A stretch of DNA of 64,000 bases from Coriobacteriia bacterium. Its GTDB lineage: Bacteria; Actinomycetota; Coriobacteriia; Coriobacteriales; QAMH01. The notes under the pieces are model-generated. The model was not told the DNA's origin, did not search any database, and was given only the letters and a program-made list of their open reading frames with translations. Positions within the stretch are counted from its first letter, which is position 1. Each line of letters begins with the position of its first letter. The stretch spans positions 2,774-66,773 of the forward strand of contig QAMH01000009.1 of assembly GCA_003149935.1 (NCBI GenBank), written 5' to 3'. Both the position numbers and the translations under genes were made by a program. This document shows, piece by piece, positions 1 through 8,336 of this stretch.

Positions 1-2
1 GC

Positions 3-764
3 TACGACCACGACGGTTCGGCGAAGAGGCCGACCGTCACCGTGAAGTGCGGCGGCAAGACCCTCGCAGCGGGCACTGACTACGACGCCGTCTGGCCCTC
101 CGACGTCACAAACGTGGGCAAGAAGGAGGTCACCGTCACCGGCAAGGGCAACTACGCCGGCACGCTGAAGGCGAGCTACGAGATCGTCGCCGCCCCCAAG
201 CCGACACCAGACCCAACGCCCATACCCAAACCGAACCCCACGCCTACGCCCGACCCCGATCCCACCCCCACGCCGAATCCTGATCCGGAACCAACGCCGA
301 CCCCGGAGCCGAAACCCGATCCGGTTCCCACGCCAGAGCCGCAGCCCGAGCCGACGCCCACCAATGCCATGTTCCGCCTGTATAACCCAAACTCCGGCGA
401 GCACTTCTACAGCTCGTCGACCGTCGAATGCGACCACCTGGTCTCGCTGGGTTGGCAAGATGAGGGCACGGGGTGGATCGCTCCGGCATCTGGCAACGCG
501 GTCTACCGCCTGTACAACCCATATGCCGGCGAGCATCACTACACCCTGTCAGCCGCCGAGCGCGACATGTTGGTTTCGGTGGGCTGGAACGACGAGGGCA
601 TCGGCTGGTACTCTGATTCTGCACAAAGCATTCCCTTATACCGCATCTACAACCCCAACGAGTATGCCAACAACCATCACTACACCACGAGCGCTGCAGA
701 ACGTGACTTTCTACTGTCTATAGGCTGGCAAGACGAAGGCGTGAGTTGGTATGGAGTGGGGTAG
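3..764 (+). CDS. Cell-surface/cell-wall associated protein, C-terminal portion (5' end lies upstream of the window)
   Basis: Frame 3 is open from the window edge. It starts with an Ig-like surface-protein repeat (YDHDGSAKRPTVTVKCGGKTLAAGTDYDAVWPSDVTNVGKKEVTVTGKGNYAGT). A ~55-aa Pro/Thr/Asp/Glu linker follows (PKPTPDPTPIPKPNPTPTP...). Then come three tandem ~45-aa repeats Y(R)LYNPxxGEHxYT...E...L...GW.DEG.GW (DUF5648-like). Stop at 762-764. Confidence 0.7.
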   Translation, partial: YDHDGSAKRPTVTVKCGGKTLAAGTDYDAVWPSDVTNVGKKEVTVTGKGNYAGTLKASYEIVAAPKPTPDPTPIPKPNPTPTPDPDPTPTPNPDPEPTPTPEPKPDPVPTPEPQPEPTPTNAMFRLYNPNSGEHFYSSSTVECDHLVSLGWQDEGTGWIAPASGNAVYRLYNPYAGEHHYTLSAAERDMLVSVGWNDEGIGWYSDSAQSIPLYRIYNPNEYANNHHYTTSAAERDFLLSIGWQDEGVSWYGVG

Positions 765-848
765 TAGTTATCCATCAAGATGGAAACGGAGGTATAGAGC
801 CATAAAACTTATTGATCAGGCGAAACTCTTAAAACAAAGGAAGTGGCT

Positions 849-1004
849 ATGGTAAGAAAAACGAGAGGCGATTGCAGAGTTGGTACTTTCGAAGAAAAAC
901 ATGGCTTGCCCTCTGGAACAATTCGAAACGACAACGGACGTAAAACACGCAGCGATAAAAGAATAGACACTATTAGAAAAGAAAGAAGCAAGGGTAAAAG
1001 ATAA
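849..1004 (+). CDS. Candidate small basic protein (51 aa, MVRKTRGDCRVGTFEEKHGLPSGTIRNDNGRKTRSDKRIDTIRKERSKGKR)
   Basis: Below the ORF-track size cutoff. ATG at 849 is preceded by AAGGAAG at 7 nt spacing, and a GC hairpin follows 13 nt after the stop. It competes with the antisense 60-aa ORF 809-991, which has no obvious RBS. No homology could be checked. Confidence 0.3.
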   Translation: MVRKTRGDCRVGTFEEKHGLPSGTIRNDNGRKTRSDKRIDTIRKERSKGKR

Positions 1005-1017
1005 TCAAGTTTGACAA

Positions 1018-1041
1018 GGGGAGGGGCATCTACCCCTCCCC
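1018..1041. terminator. Perfect 9-bp GC hairpin (GGGGAGGGG-catcta-CCCCTCCCC) between convergent genes
   Basis: Read directly from the sequence. It overlaps the stop codon (1030-1032) of the minus-strand 215-aa gene and follows the small plus-strand ORF. There is no strong U-tract on the plus strand and a moderate T-rich tail on the minus strand. Confidence 0.4.
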
Positions 1042-1677
1042 CGCCTCCAGCTTAGATGTTTGGCGACATTCAAATAAACATTTAGCTGACCGTTCTTCGT
1101 GTTCGTTTTCACTGACAAAGCACGCCATGCCTCCATATGCAATGGCACCTTTATCAATCGTCCTATCACATTCAGGATGCTCCTCAAGGAAAGATTGGAC
1201 CGCACTTTCAACATACGAAACAAAGCGTGTGAGATTTAGGGTAAGGTGCCGCCCTTCCTTCTCTTTATTCTCTTTGTCCTTCGTGCTGTATACCCCATAG
1301 CCGACAACCAGGGGATTCTCGAATGAGAAAACATGGAATCGGACATTGTGATAGTGAGTGAGCTTCCCAGCATCCAATGCTAATGAACCATTATGGAGTA
1401 CAGCATTTCTAATTTGATAAATGTCATTACTGCCAATGCTGTTGCATTCATCATGATAAGACGGGTCGTTTTTAATGATGGGCATCAGATAGTCGTCAGT
1501 CCATCCCATGTACTTTTCAGCATTCGTACGGCAATTACCATCAAGAGAAGAAGCGCACACATCGGGGAGAATAAGTGCGTTGTTTAGTGCTGATATATAC
1601 AATCTTGCGTCCATCGCCGCCACCATTTCAGTGCAATAATCACTGGGTTTCATGCCAATCACTTTCCACGCAGGCAT
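1030..1677 (-). CDS. Hypothetical protein with HEPN-like Rx4H motif (QIRNAVLHNG)
   Basis: 215-aa ORF in an AT-richer island. ATG 1677 is preceded by GGAGAGGGGG. The gene is divergent from the recombinase. Functional assignment rests only on the RNxxxH motif and the defence-island context. Confidence 0.6.
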   Translation of the reverse strand: MPAWKVIGMKPSDYCTEMVAAMDARLYISALNNALILPDVCASSLDGNCRTNAEKYMGWTDDYLMPIIKNDPSYHDECNSIGSNDIYQIRNAVLHNGSLALDAGKLTHYHNVRFHVFSFENPLVVGYGVYSTKDKENKEKEGRHLTLNLTRFVSYVESAVQSFLEEHPECDRTIDKGAIAYGGMACFVSENEHEERSAKCLFECRQTSKLEAGEG

Positions 1678-1753
1678 GTATACCCCCTCTCCGCTAAGCC
1701 CAAACAGCTGTCATATTCATTCTCTTCTGGCAGAGGCGTTGAAAGGAACGAAC

Positions 1754-2716
1754 GTGACAGATTTAATGATAGAGGACATCTTACAGCGCATGAGCAGGGT
1801 CCTCTCATGCACGCAGCTTAAGGTTTTGAAAGCGGAGCTTCAGGCAATGCAGAGCTCTCATGTTGCGCATAAGAACGATAGCGATTTGCTGGAACTCTTT
1901 CTCACCGCTAAAGAAGTTGAAGGATGCTCGCCGAAAACGCTTGTGTATTACGAAAAAACAATTAGCAAAATGAATGCTGCGCTCGCCAAGCCTTATACGC
2001 AACTAACCACAGATGATCTTCGCAAATATCTCAGCGACTACGAAAATGAACGAGGCTCAAGCAAGGTCACCATAGACAATATCCGACGCATCTTTTCAAG
2101 TTTTTTCTCTTGGCTCGAAGACGAAGACTACATTGTGAAAAGCCCCGCACGACGTATTCATCATGTAAAAACACCTGCTCTTGTCAAAGAAACATTAAGC
2201 GATGAAGATCTAGAGACGCTACGCGATGGATGCAGATGCGATCGTGATCTTGCCATTATCGACATGCTCGCCTCTACAGGAATGCGCGTTGGCGAACTCG
2301 TTCGCCTCGACAGGGCAGATCTCGATTTACACGAACGAGAATGTCTGGTTCTTGGAAAGGGAAATAAGCAACGTCCGGTCTACTTCGATGCGCGAACGAA
2401 ACTGCATTTGAAGAACTATCTCGCCTCACGAACTGATGATAATCCTGCTCTCTTCGTAAGTTTGAGTGGAAGACGCGAGCGTCTGAGCATTAGCGGAGTC
2501 GAACTGCGCTTGAGGCAACTAGGAAGAAGACTGCTCCCCCAACGCGTTCACCCTCACAAATTCCGGCGAACACTTGCCACGAATGCAATAGACAAGGGAA
2601 TGCCTGTCGAACAAGTGCAAAAGCTCCTCGGTCATGCAAGAATAGACACGACCATGCATTATGCAATGGTAAACCAGAATAACGTTAAAGCTTCGCATAG
2701 AAGGTATTTGGAATGA
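1754..2716 (+). CDS. Tyrosine recombinase / phage-type integrase (XerC/D-like)
   Basis: The C-terminal catalytic region is typical of the family (RVGELVRLDRADLDL..., HKFRRTLATNAIDKGMPVEQVQKLLGHARIDTTMHYAMV). The start is uncertain: GTG 1754 has AAGGAA 6 nt upstream, and alternatives are ATG 1766 or ATG 1652. Stop TGA overlaps the hsdS ATG (ATGA). Confidence 0.85.
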   Translation: MTDLMIEDILQRMSRVLSCTQLKVLKAELQAMQSSHVAHKNDSDLLELFLTAKEVEGCSPKTLVYYEKTISKMNAALAKPYTQLTTDDLRKYLSDYENERGSSKVTIDNIRRIFSSFFSWLEDEDYIVKSPARRIHHVKTPALVKETLSDEDLETLRDGCRCDRDLAIIDMLASTGMRVGELVRLDRADLDLHERECLVLGKGNKQRPVYFDARTKLHLKNYLASRTDDNPALFVSLSGRRERLSISGVELRLRQLGRRLLPQRVHPHKFRRTLATNAIDKGMPVEQVQKLLGHARIDTTMHYAMVNQNNVKASHRRYLE

Positions 2717-3951
2717 AACTTGGCGAACTGTGTATAAAGATTGGCAGCGGCGCCACCCCGCGAGGTGGCAAAAAATCCTATAGGTCATTCGGCATTCCTA
2801 TTATAAGGAGCCAAAATATTCACGATTGGACATTCAGTAGTGACGGCTTGGCTTTTTTGGACGAAACGCAGGCGAATTCTTTGTCAAATGCTGAAGTAAT
2901 GCCGGGCGATATCCTTCTCAACATAACTGGCGATTCTGTCGCGCGGTCTTGCATGGTTCCACAACACTATACCCCGGCGCGCGTGAATCAACATGTCTTG
3001 ATAATCCGGCCTAACGAAATGCTTAATCCGATATACCTTCTTTGTTTTCTGCAACATATCAAGTCATATCTGCTCAACCTCGCCTCCTCCGGTGCAACGC
3101 GTAACGCGTTGACAAAAGGCATGATTGAGAATTTAGACATCGAGCTTCCCTCATTTGAAACTCAGCAGGCTATCGCCTCTGTAATCGAGAAGTTTCTAGA
3201 TAAGATTGCCATTAACAATCAGATAAATGATTATTTGTACGAGTGTTGCACGGCAAAGATGCAAGAGATAGTCGCTGAGTCGACAGGAACTATAACCGTT
3301 GATGATTGCTGCGATGCGATTTACAGCGGCGGGACACCGTCAACAAAAAAGCCAGCATATTGGGACGGCGGTCTTCCATGGCTGTCGTCAGGCGAAACTA
3401 GATCGAGATTCATTATTGATACAGAGAAGACCATTACAGAACTTGGTGTAAATGAATCGTCTACTAAACTGGCAAAGGCTGGCGATGTTGTGATGGCCTC
3501 GGCTGGCCAGGGTTTTACCAGAGGCCAAACGTCGATGCTGTTCTTCGATACGTACGTAAATCAGTCGGTCGTTGTTATGCGGCCAAAACAATTCTATGGC
3601 GCATATTTGCTGCTTATGTTGGCTTCGCAGTACGACTCGTTGAGGGCATGGTCAGATTCGACCTCAACTAGGGGAAGCATGTCGGGTAAACTCCTTCGGC
3701 AGTTCGATATTCCATCGATTGATTCAGACCGGGCGAGAGAGCTTACAGATTCCGCAGCACCGATATTTGCCTTGATTGAAAACAACTTGCGCGAATCGAA
3801 GTCCTTAGGGCAAACCAGAGACGCATTATTACCCAAGCTCATGTCTGGCGAAATCGACGTTTCGAAAGTCGACGTCACGCAGCTAAATAATCATTTTCCC
3901 TGCATCGCCGATGCCCTTGGCGTCAGCGTAAAATCACTTGTCGAGTTCTAG
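2713..3951 (+). CDS. hsdS: Type I restriction-modification specificity subunit HsdS (intact, two TRDs)
   Basis: Two target-recognition domains, each containing ...VNQ(H/S)V(L/V)(I/V)(I/M)RP.... They are separated by a central conserved region (FETQQAIASVIEKFLDKIAINNQINDYL). A C-terminal conserved helix is present (RDALLPKLMSGEIDV). Translationally coupled to the recombinase. Confidence 0.9.
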   Translation: MKLGELCIKIGSGATPRGGKKSYRSFGIPIIRSQNIHDWTFSSDGLAFLDETQANSLSNAEVMPGDILLNITGDSVARSCMVPQHYTPARVNQHVLIIRPNEMLNPIYLLCFLQHIKSYLLNLASSGATRNALTKGMIENLDIELPSFETQQAIASVIEKFLDKIAINNQINDYLYECCTAKMQEIVAESTGTITVDDCCDAIYSGGTPSTKKPAYWDGGLPWLSSGETRSRFIIDTEKTITELGVNESSTKLAKAGDVVMASAGQGFTRGQTSMLFFDTYVNQSVVVMRPKQFYGAYLLLMLASQYDSLRAWSDSTSTRGSMSGKLLRQFDIPSIDSDRARELTDSAAPIFALIENNLRESKSLGQTRDALLPKLMSGEIDVSKVDVTQLNNHFPCIADALGVSVKSLVEF

Positions 3952-5330
3952 TCAGGCGTAGTCATCTTTCCCTCTGACACCATCCGCTGCGCGAAATCGC
4001 GCGTCCTCTTCTCCACCGCGCAATCCTCTTCCTCGCTTGACCAACGAGCTTCGGGAGGGTCGGCGAAAGTGCATGCATAATGCTCCTCGACCCATGCGGA
4101 AAAGCGCTCAATCTGCTCTTTTTCGTCCAATAATCCAGGACAGTCCACTTGAGAACCACCATGCGTCATACGCTCCCATTGCAACCGCAATGCGTCAATC
4201 CACTCATCGATCCTCTGCTCAATCTCCGACGCGCCACCATCCGAAAGCCATGACTCGAGGCGCCCCTCGACCCAAGCTTCGGTTATATGTCGCGCAGTCT
4301 CAAGACCGGGGCCATCCACGGCATAGAACTCATCGAGATGTAAGTAACGCTCGAGTCTCTCGTCAAGGGCCACTTCCTCCAGAAGTTCGAATACCGCTTG
4401 AGCGATCTCAACGAATTCCGTGCTCTGTTCCGGCGTCAGCTTCCCATCTGACATATGGGGACGATATGAAAATTCCGCAACAGCCGCTCGTAGCACCTTC
4501 GCTGTCTCGTGTACTGGTTCTAGCGACACACCCCCGCAGGCATTCCAATACAAGACCGCGAGAACGTCCTCCATGCATTTGAGGGCACTTGATGCCCATG
4601 CAAGACGAAAGGCCTCGGCGAGGGACTCGCACGCTTCGGCATCAAAAAGGCCGTCTGCGTTCTCCCCATTTTCTGTCATTTCGGCAAATGTAAAGTGGAA
4701 TGCAAGCATCTGTCCCACAGTGGGCCATCCAAATGGTTTGCTCCACGCATCGCAGAAGCGGGCGATATGAGATTTGACTAGCTCCCACGGCGCATCGGCT
4801 GGTACCTGGACAAGGCCCTCCAGCGTGTCTTGGAGCTCAGCATTGATTTTCTCGATATCGCGATCGGTATGGCTACGAGACCAGCGAATCCACTGTCTCA
4901 GATTCTTGTCCCTCTCGTAAGCATCAATGAGTCTGTCAGGACCCTCAATGCCAACGAGCTCGTCCATCAGCGATTCAGGACCCACAACTTCGAGGGCCGA
5001 GCTCAGTTCTATCTTCCTTTGGATGTGGGCATAGTCTTCCTTGAGCTCGTTTGTGCGCATTGCCACGAGCGAAGCACGTTCCGTCTCGGGAGCAGCAAGA
5101 ACTTCCTTGATTCGGTCAAGACTAAAGCCCAACTTGCGATATAGGAGGATCCCCTGGGCCCTACGAACGTCATCCATAGTGTAAAGCTTGCGATTGTTCG
5201 CAATCCCTTCGCCCGAGCGCCGTGCGACCAGAACGCCCTCCTTATCCCAGTTCTTCAGTTGAGCGGCAGTGATTCCGGTAAGTTCGTGTACCTGCGCCAC
5301 CGTAAGCAGTTTGCCATTGTCTTCGTCCAT
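3948..5330 (-). CDS. MerR-family transcriptional regulator with long C-terminal domain of unknown function
   Basis: N-terminal MerR HTH (LTVAQVHELTGITAAQLKNWDKEGVLVARRS...RKLYTMDDVRRAQGILLYRKLGFSLDRIKEVL). 460 aa. The stop overlaps the hsdS stop by 4 nt (convergent). Confidence 0.8.
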   Translation of the reverse strand: MDEDNGKLLTVAQVHELTGITAAQLKNWDKEGVLVARRSGEGIANNRKLYTMDDVRRAQGILLYRKLGFSLDRIKEVLAAPETERASLVAMRTNELKEDYAHIQRKIELSSALEVVGPESLMDELVGIEGPDRLIDAYERDKNLRQWIRWSRSHTDRDIEKINAELQDTLEGLVQVPADAPWELVKSHIARFCDAWSKPFGWPTVGQMLAFHFTFAEMTENGENADGLFDAEACESLAEAFRLAWASSALKCMEDVLAVLYWNACGGVSLEPVHETAKVLRAAVAEFSYRPHMSDGKLTPEQSTEFVEIAQAVFELLEEVALDERLERYLHLDEFYAVDGPGLETARHITEAWVEGRLESWLSDGGASEIEQRIDEWIDALRLQWERMTHGGSQVDCPGLLDEKEQIERFSAWVEEHYACTFADPPEARWSSEEEDCAVEKRTRDFAQRMVSEGKMTTPD

Positions 5331-5404
5331 GCTTCACCTCCTCGCAGGGCACTTTAAACCCAGACACTATATCCAGGTCAAGGTGAAAACACGATTGGAT
5401 GGAA

Positions 5405-5525
5405 AGATTTCTCGACTTCACTCGAAATGATAAAGGGGAGGCACAGGCCTCCCCTTTGATGGTGGGATTTCTCGACTTCGCTCGAAATGACAGAAGAATC
5501 GCTCGGCTTCGGTCGAAATGACAAG
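5405..5525. repeat. Three copies (two full, one partial) of the dispersed GATTTCTCGACT..GCTCGAAATGACA element
   Basis: Copies at 5405-5432, 5465-5493 and 5500-5525 were read directly. The same element occurs at 12150, 33638-33799, 38591 and 56758. Confidence 0.7.
5432..5457 (-). terminator. Rho-independent terminator of the infC-rpmI-rplT operon
   Basis: Perfect 11-bp stem AAAGGGGAGGC/GCCTCCCCTTT with a 4-nt loop, 75 nt downstream of the rplT stop. On the minus strand it is followed by UUUAUCAUUU. Confidence 0.6.
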
Positions 5526-5531
5526 CAGCGC

Positions 5532-5888
5532 TTATGCAGCAGCCTTCTGGGCAATCTTGCACAGCTCGGCGAAACCCTGCGGGTCATTGACGGCCATATC
5601 GGCAAGCACCTTGCGGTCGAGCTCGATGCCAGCCGTCTTGAGGCCATGCATGAAGACCGAATAGGACAGGCCGTTGATGCGAGCAGCCGCGTTGATGCGG
5701 GTGATCCAGAGACGGCGAATCTCGCGCTTCTTGTTGCGACGGTCGCGATAGGCATACTGCAGCGAATGCTGGACCTGCTCTTTAGCCGCACGATACTGAC
5801 GGGACTTAGCACCGTAGTAACCCTTTGCGCGTTTGAATACGGTACGACGCTTCTTCTTGGCGTTAACTGCGCGCTTGACACGTGCCAT
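5532..5888 (-). CDS. rplT: 50S ribosomal protein L20
   Basis: [39 protein letters not shown]... is canonical L20. ATG 5888 is preferred over the in-frame TTG at 5897. Confidence 0.95.
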   Translation of the reverse strand: MARVKRAVNAKKKRRTVFKRAKGYYGAKSRQYRAAKEQVQHSLQYAYRDRRNKKREIRRLWITRINAAARINGLSYSVFMHGLKTAGIELDRKVLADMAVNDPQGFAELCKIAQKAAA

Positions 5889-5936
5889 GTTTATCAACTC
5901 CTACTAACAACTGAAACGGATACGGGCTTGCGCGCT

Positions 5937-6134
5937 TTACGCCTTGCCCAGATTCTTCTTGACGACCTTCACATCGGCCTCGGCGACGACCGTCTCGTGA
6001 CGGAAGTTACGCTTACGCTTCTGGGACTTCTTGGTCATGATGTGGCTCTTGAAAGCCTTGCCGCGCATGATCTTGCCCGACCCCGTGGTGCGGAAGCGCT
6101 TGGCAGTGCCCTTGTGGGTCTTCATCTTAGGCAT
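5937..6134 (-). CDS. rpmI: 50S ribosomal protein L35
   Basis: [32 protein letters not shown]... is canonical L35. Confidence 0.95.
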   Translation of the reverse strand: MPKMKTHKGTAKRFRTTGSGKIMRGKAFKSHIMTKKSQKRKRNFRHETVVAEADVKVVKKNLGKA

Positions 6135-6138
6135 GGTG

Positions 6139-6693
6139 CTACTCCTTGTCTTCGTTTTCCTTGCCGGAATTCTTGCGTGCGTCCTTGGGAAGCGGCGCCA
6201 CCATCATGTGCATGTTGCGCCCTTCCATCTTTGGCTGCTGTTCTACGACGGCGAGGTCCTTGAGGTCGTCGGCAAGCCTCTCGAGAATGGTCAGCCCCTG
6301 CTCGGGGTGGGCCATCTCGCGACCGCGGAACATGATGGTGATCTTGACCTTGTTGCCCTTGCCGAGGAAGCGAAGCACGTGACCCTTCTTGGTCTCGTAG
6401 TCGCCCGTATCGATCTTGGGGCGGAACTTCATCTCCTTGACCTCGATCTTGGTCTGGTTCTTGCGCGCCTTCTTGGCCTTGACCGCCTGCTCGTACTTGT
6501 ACTTGCCGTAATCCATAACGCGGCAAACGGGCGGATCGGCATTGGGAGCGACCTCTACCAGATCGAGACCCTGGTCTTCGGCAAAGCGTTGTGCCGCATC
6601 GTTGGCCATCTCGTACTTGGTGCCATCGACACCGATGACGAGGAGCTGCGGCGCATGAATCTCACCGTTGATCCGTGTGTCCTGAGCTGCTAT
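6139..6693 (-). CDS. infC: Translation initiation factor IF-3 (probable non-canonical AUA start)
   Basis: ...[63 protein letters not shown]... is canonical IF-3. The track start (GTG 6702) abuts the AGGAGG SD (6703-6708). The in-frame ATA at 6693 lies 9 nt from the SD. Confidence 0.9.
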   Translation of the reverse strand: MAAQDTRINGEIHAPQLLVIGVDGTKYEMANDAAQRFAEDQGLDLVEVAPNADPPVCRVMDYGKYKYEQAVKAKKARKNQTKIEVKEMKFRPKIDTGDYETKKGHVLRFLGKGNKVKITIMFRGREMAHPEQGLTILERLADDLKDLAVVEQQPKMEGRNMHMMVAPLPKDARKNSGKENEDKE

Positions 6694-6707
6694 GACAAAC
6701 ACCTCCT

Positions 6708-6743
6708 AATAAAAAACCTGCCGAGCTGCATTCAGCCGACAGG
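6708..6743 (-). promoter_or_regulatory. Terminator-like hairpin plus U-tract immediately upstream of the infC SD (L20-leader-type attenuator candidate)
   Basis: The minus-strand RNA CCUGUCGGCUGAAUGCAGCUCGGCAGG is followed by UUUUUUAUU, then AGGAGG. No room remains for a promoter between the hairpin and the SD, so infC must be transcribed through it. Confidence 0.45.
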
Positions 6744-6893
6744 CACACACAAAGACCCCCGAAGAGCGAATTGTAAGTGACCAGACAACTGAGCGCTTGC
6801 TCGTCGAAAGGTGGAAGGTAGCTTGCGCACCTTCACTTCGTAGATACGGACGCATAGTTTACACGTGCCCACGGGCACATGCAAGAAGTATTT

Positions 6894-8024
6894 CTAGCGT
6901 AGGTCGACGCTCAGCGTGCGGATGACGCTGTTATCACCCACCGTAACGCCAGCCGTGTGATCGTACGTCTCGGTCACCTTCCAGGTGCCGGGAACGCCCT
7001 CGATGTTGGTGGGGCCGGTGAACTCGGCCACCTCCTGGGCGCTCGTGTCGCGCGAGAGCACCGCCTGGGGGTTTTCGACGATAGTGAGCTGTGCGGACTC
7101 GACGGCGGCAGGATCAAGGCCGATGCCCGCGAGAATCGAGGAGGCGACCACCTTGGAGGCGATGAGCTCGTCGAACTTCGCATCGGCGACGCCAAAGGCA
7201 TCGAGGTCGAATGATGCGAAGATGTAATCGATGTCGCCCGCCGCATTGAGACCGAAGGTGATGCTCGCAAGCGTCTCGCCGTTGGGGCCGACAAGCCATC
7301 CATTGCGCGTCCTCACGACATTGGGCAGCGTCGCATCCGAGGCAGCCGTCGCCTCGGCATCGAGAGCAATCGAGTTGCCGCTTGCCTCGACAGCGGCCTC
7401 GGGCGTCATGCCGAAGTAGGTGATGAGATCGGGGATACGCGCAGCATCGATTGCCTGGAATTGCGCGGCGTTTGTACCCGCCGTCGAGGTTTGCAGAACA
7501 TCGGAGTCCGGCTGCTTAACGCCCGGCGGTGTGCTGTTGCGCCAGATGAACAGGCCGATGACGGCGATAAGGACAAGCAGGATGATGATGAAGAAGACGA
7601 GCAGGTTGCGCAGACGGCGTCTGCTACGCATCGCGCGTTCGGCAGAAAACTCGTCATCGTCCTCGACATATTCGACCGTTTCCTGCTCGGTAATGTTGAT
7701 GGACTCGGAAAGCTCGTCAAGATCGGCGCTCTCAGTGAGACGGTCCCCCTTGCTGCGAGCCGCGACCACGTCGTCTACGTTGACGACGGCATCGGAAGAC
7801 ATATCCCCCGGATCGAAGTCATCGGCATCGGCGGCAGCTGCAGCGCTTATGCCATAGAGGCTATCGGACTTGATGTCATCGAGCATGGACTCGGCGGCCT
7901 CGCCGAAATCCACCGTGATCTCTCCCTGCGGAGTTTCCTCGGCAGGGCGACCGTCGTTAAAGTCCTCCTCCGCGAAGAGGTGGACCTCGACCTCGTTTTG
8001 CTCGTCGTTCTCGCGCTTATCCAT
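6894..8024 (-). CDS. Single-pass membrane protein, acidic N-terminal region, unknown extracytoplasmic domain
   Basis: 376-aa ORF with one TM segment (LLVFFIIILLVLIAVIGLFIW). No recognisable catalytic motifs. Confidence 0.6.
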   Translation of the reverse strand: MDKRENDEQNEVEVHLFAEEDFNDGRPAEETPQGEITVDFGEAAESMLDDIKSDSLYGISAAAAADADDFDPGDMSSDAVVNVDDVVAARSKGDRLTESADLDELSESINITEQETVEYVEDDDEFSAERAMRSRRRLRNLLVFFIIILLVLIAVIGLFIWRNSTPPGVKQPDSDVLQTSTAGTNAAQFQAIDAARIPDLITYFGMTPEAAVEASGNSIALDAEATAASDATLPNVVRTRNGWLVGPNGETLASITFGLNAAGDIDYIFASFDLDAFGVADAKFDELIASKVVASSILAGIGLDPAAVESAQLTIVENPQAVLSRDTSAQEVAEFTGPTNIEGVPGTWKVTETYDHTAGVTVGDNSVIRTLSVDLR

Positions 8025-8032
8025 ATGCGTCC

Positions 8033-8308
8033 CTATACGAAGTGAACCCAGCTATTAACAATATACAGTATTGCGACAATTACGACGACGACTGCGACGA
8101 CAATCAACGCCTTGTGTCCAGCTCCCATGGGCGGCGTCGATGCCAGCCCGTGGAACTCCTCTTCCTGCTCGGCGCTCATGTCGCCTTGCTCGGAAACGGG
8201 CTGTTCTGGCACTGCAGCCTCAGGCTCTGGTGCGACGGTCTGCGTCACGGTTTGCCGTGCCTGCTGTGCGCGACGCTCGACGTCTTCGATATGGCTGAGC
8301 TTGCTCAT
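8033..8308 (-). CDS. Small tail-anchored membrane protein
   Basis: 91-aa ORF with a C-terminal TM (ALIVVAVVVVIVAILYIV). Tightly spaced between the GT2 gene and the 376-aa gene. Confidence 0.5.
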   Translation of the reverse strand: MSKLSHIEDVERRAQQARQTVTQTVAPEPEAAVPEQPVSEQGDMSAEQEEEFHGLASTPPMGAGHKALIVVAVVVVIVAILYIVNSWVHFV

Positions 8309-8336
8309 CGTGCCTCCTCGCCTCGCAAAGAGCCGA

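Noticed and set aside
190-360. Short-period nucleotide repetition (CCGAC/CCCAC/CCGAA...) that might be a non-coding VNTR.
   Set aside because: It is in frame within the surface protein ORF and encodes a Pro/Thr/Asp/Glu linker. It is an ordinary low-complexity coding sequence.
809-991. The 60-aa minus-strand ORF from the track.
   Set aside because: It is a hydrophobic, low-complexity translation with no RBS. It lies antisense to a plus-strand small ORF that has a good SD and a terminator. Neither is proven, but the plus-strand ORF is the better candidate.
765-3951. The integrase as a marker of a prophage or an integrative conjugative element.
   Set aside because: The islet is only ~3.2 kb. 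It contains no phage or conjugation genes, and the recombinase is translationally coupled to hsdS. A shufflon-type or R-M-associated recombinase is more consistent with this.
5242-5562. ORFs running through copies of the dispersed element (5242-5562 -, 33547-33951 -, 56732-57091 -, 12122-12424 +, 38404-38652 +).
   Set aside because: Their only recurring peptide segments (SFRAERS, ARNDSG and similar) are translations of the repeat in different frames. They overlap terminators or real genes and lack RBSs.
6700-6702. GTG 6702 as the infC start, as implied by the ORF track.
   Set aside because: It abuts the AGGAGG Shine-Dalgarno with zero spacing. ATA at 6693 fits the spacing and the conserved IF-3 N-terminus.
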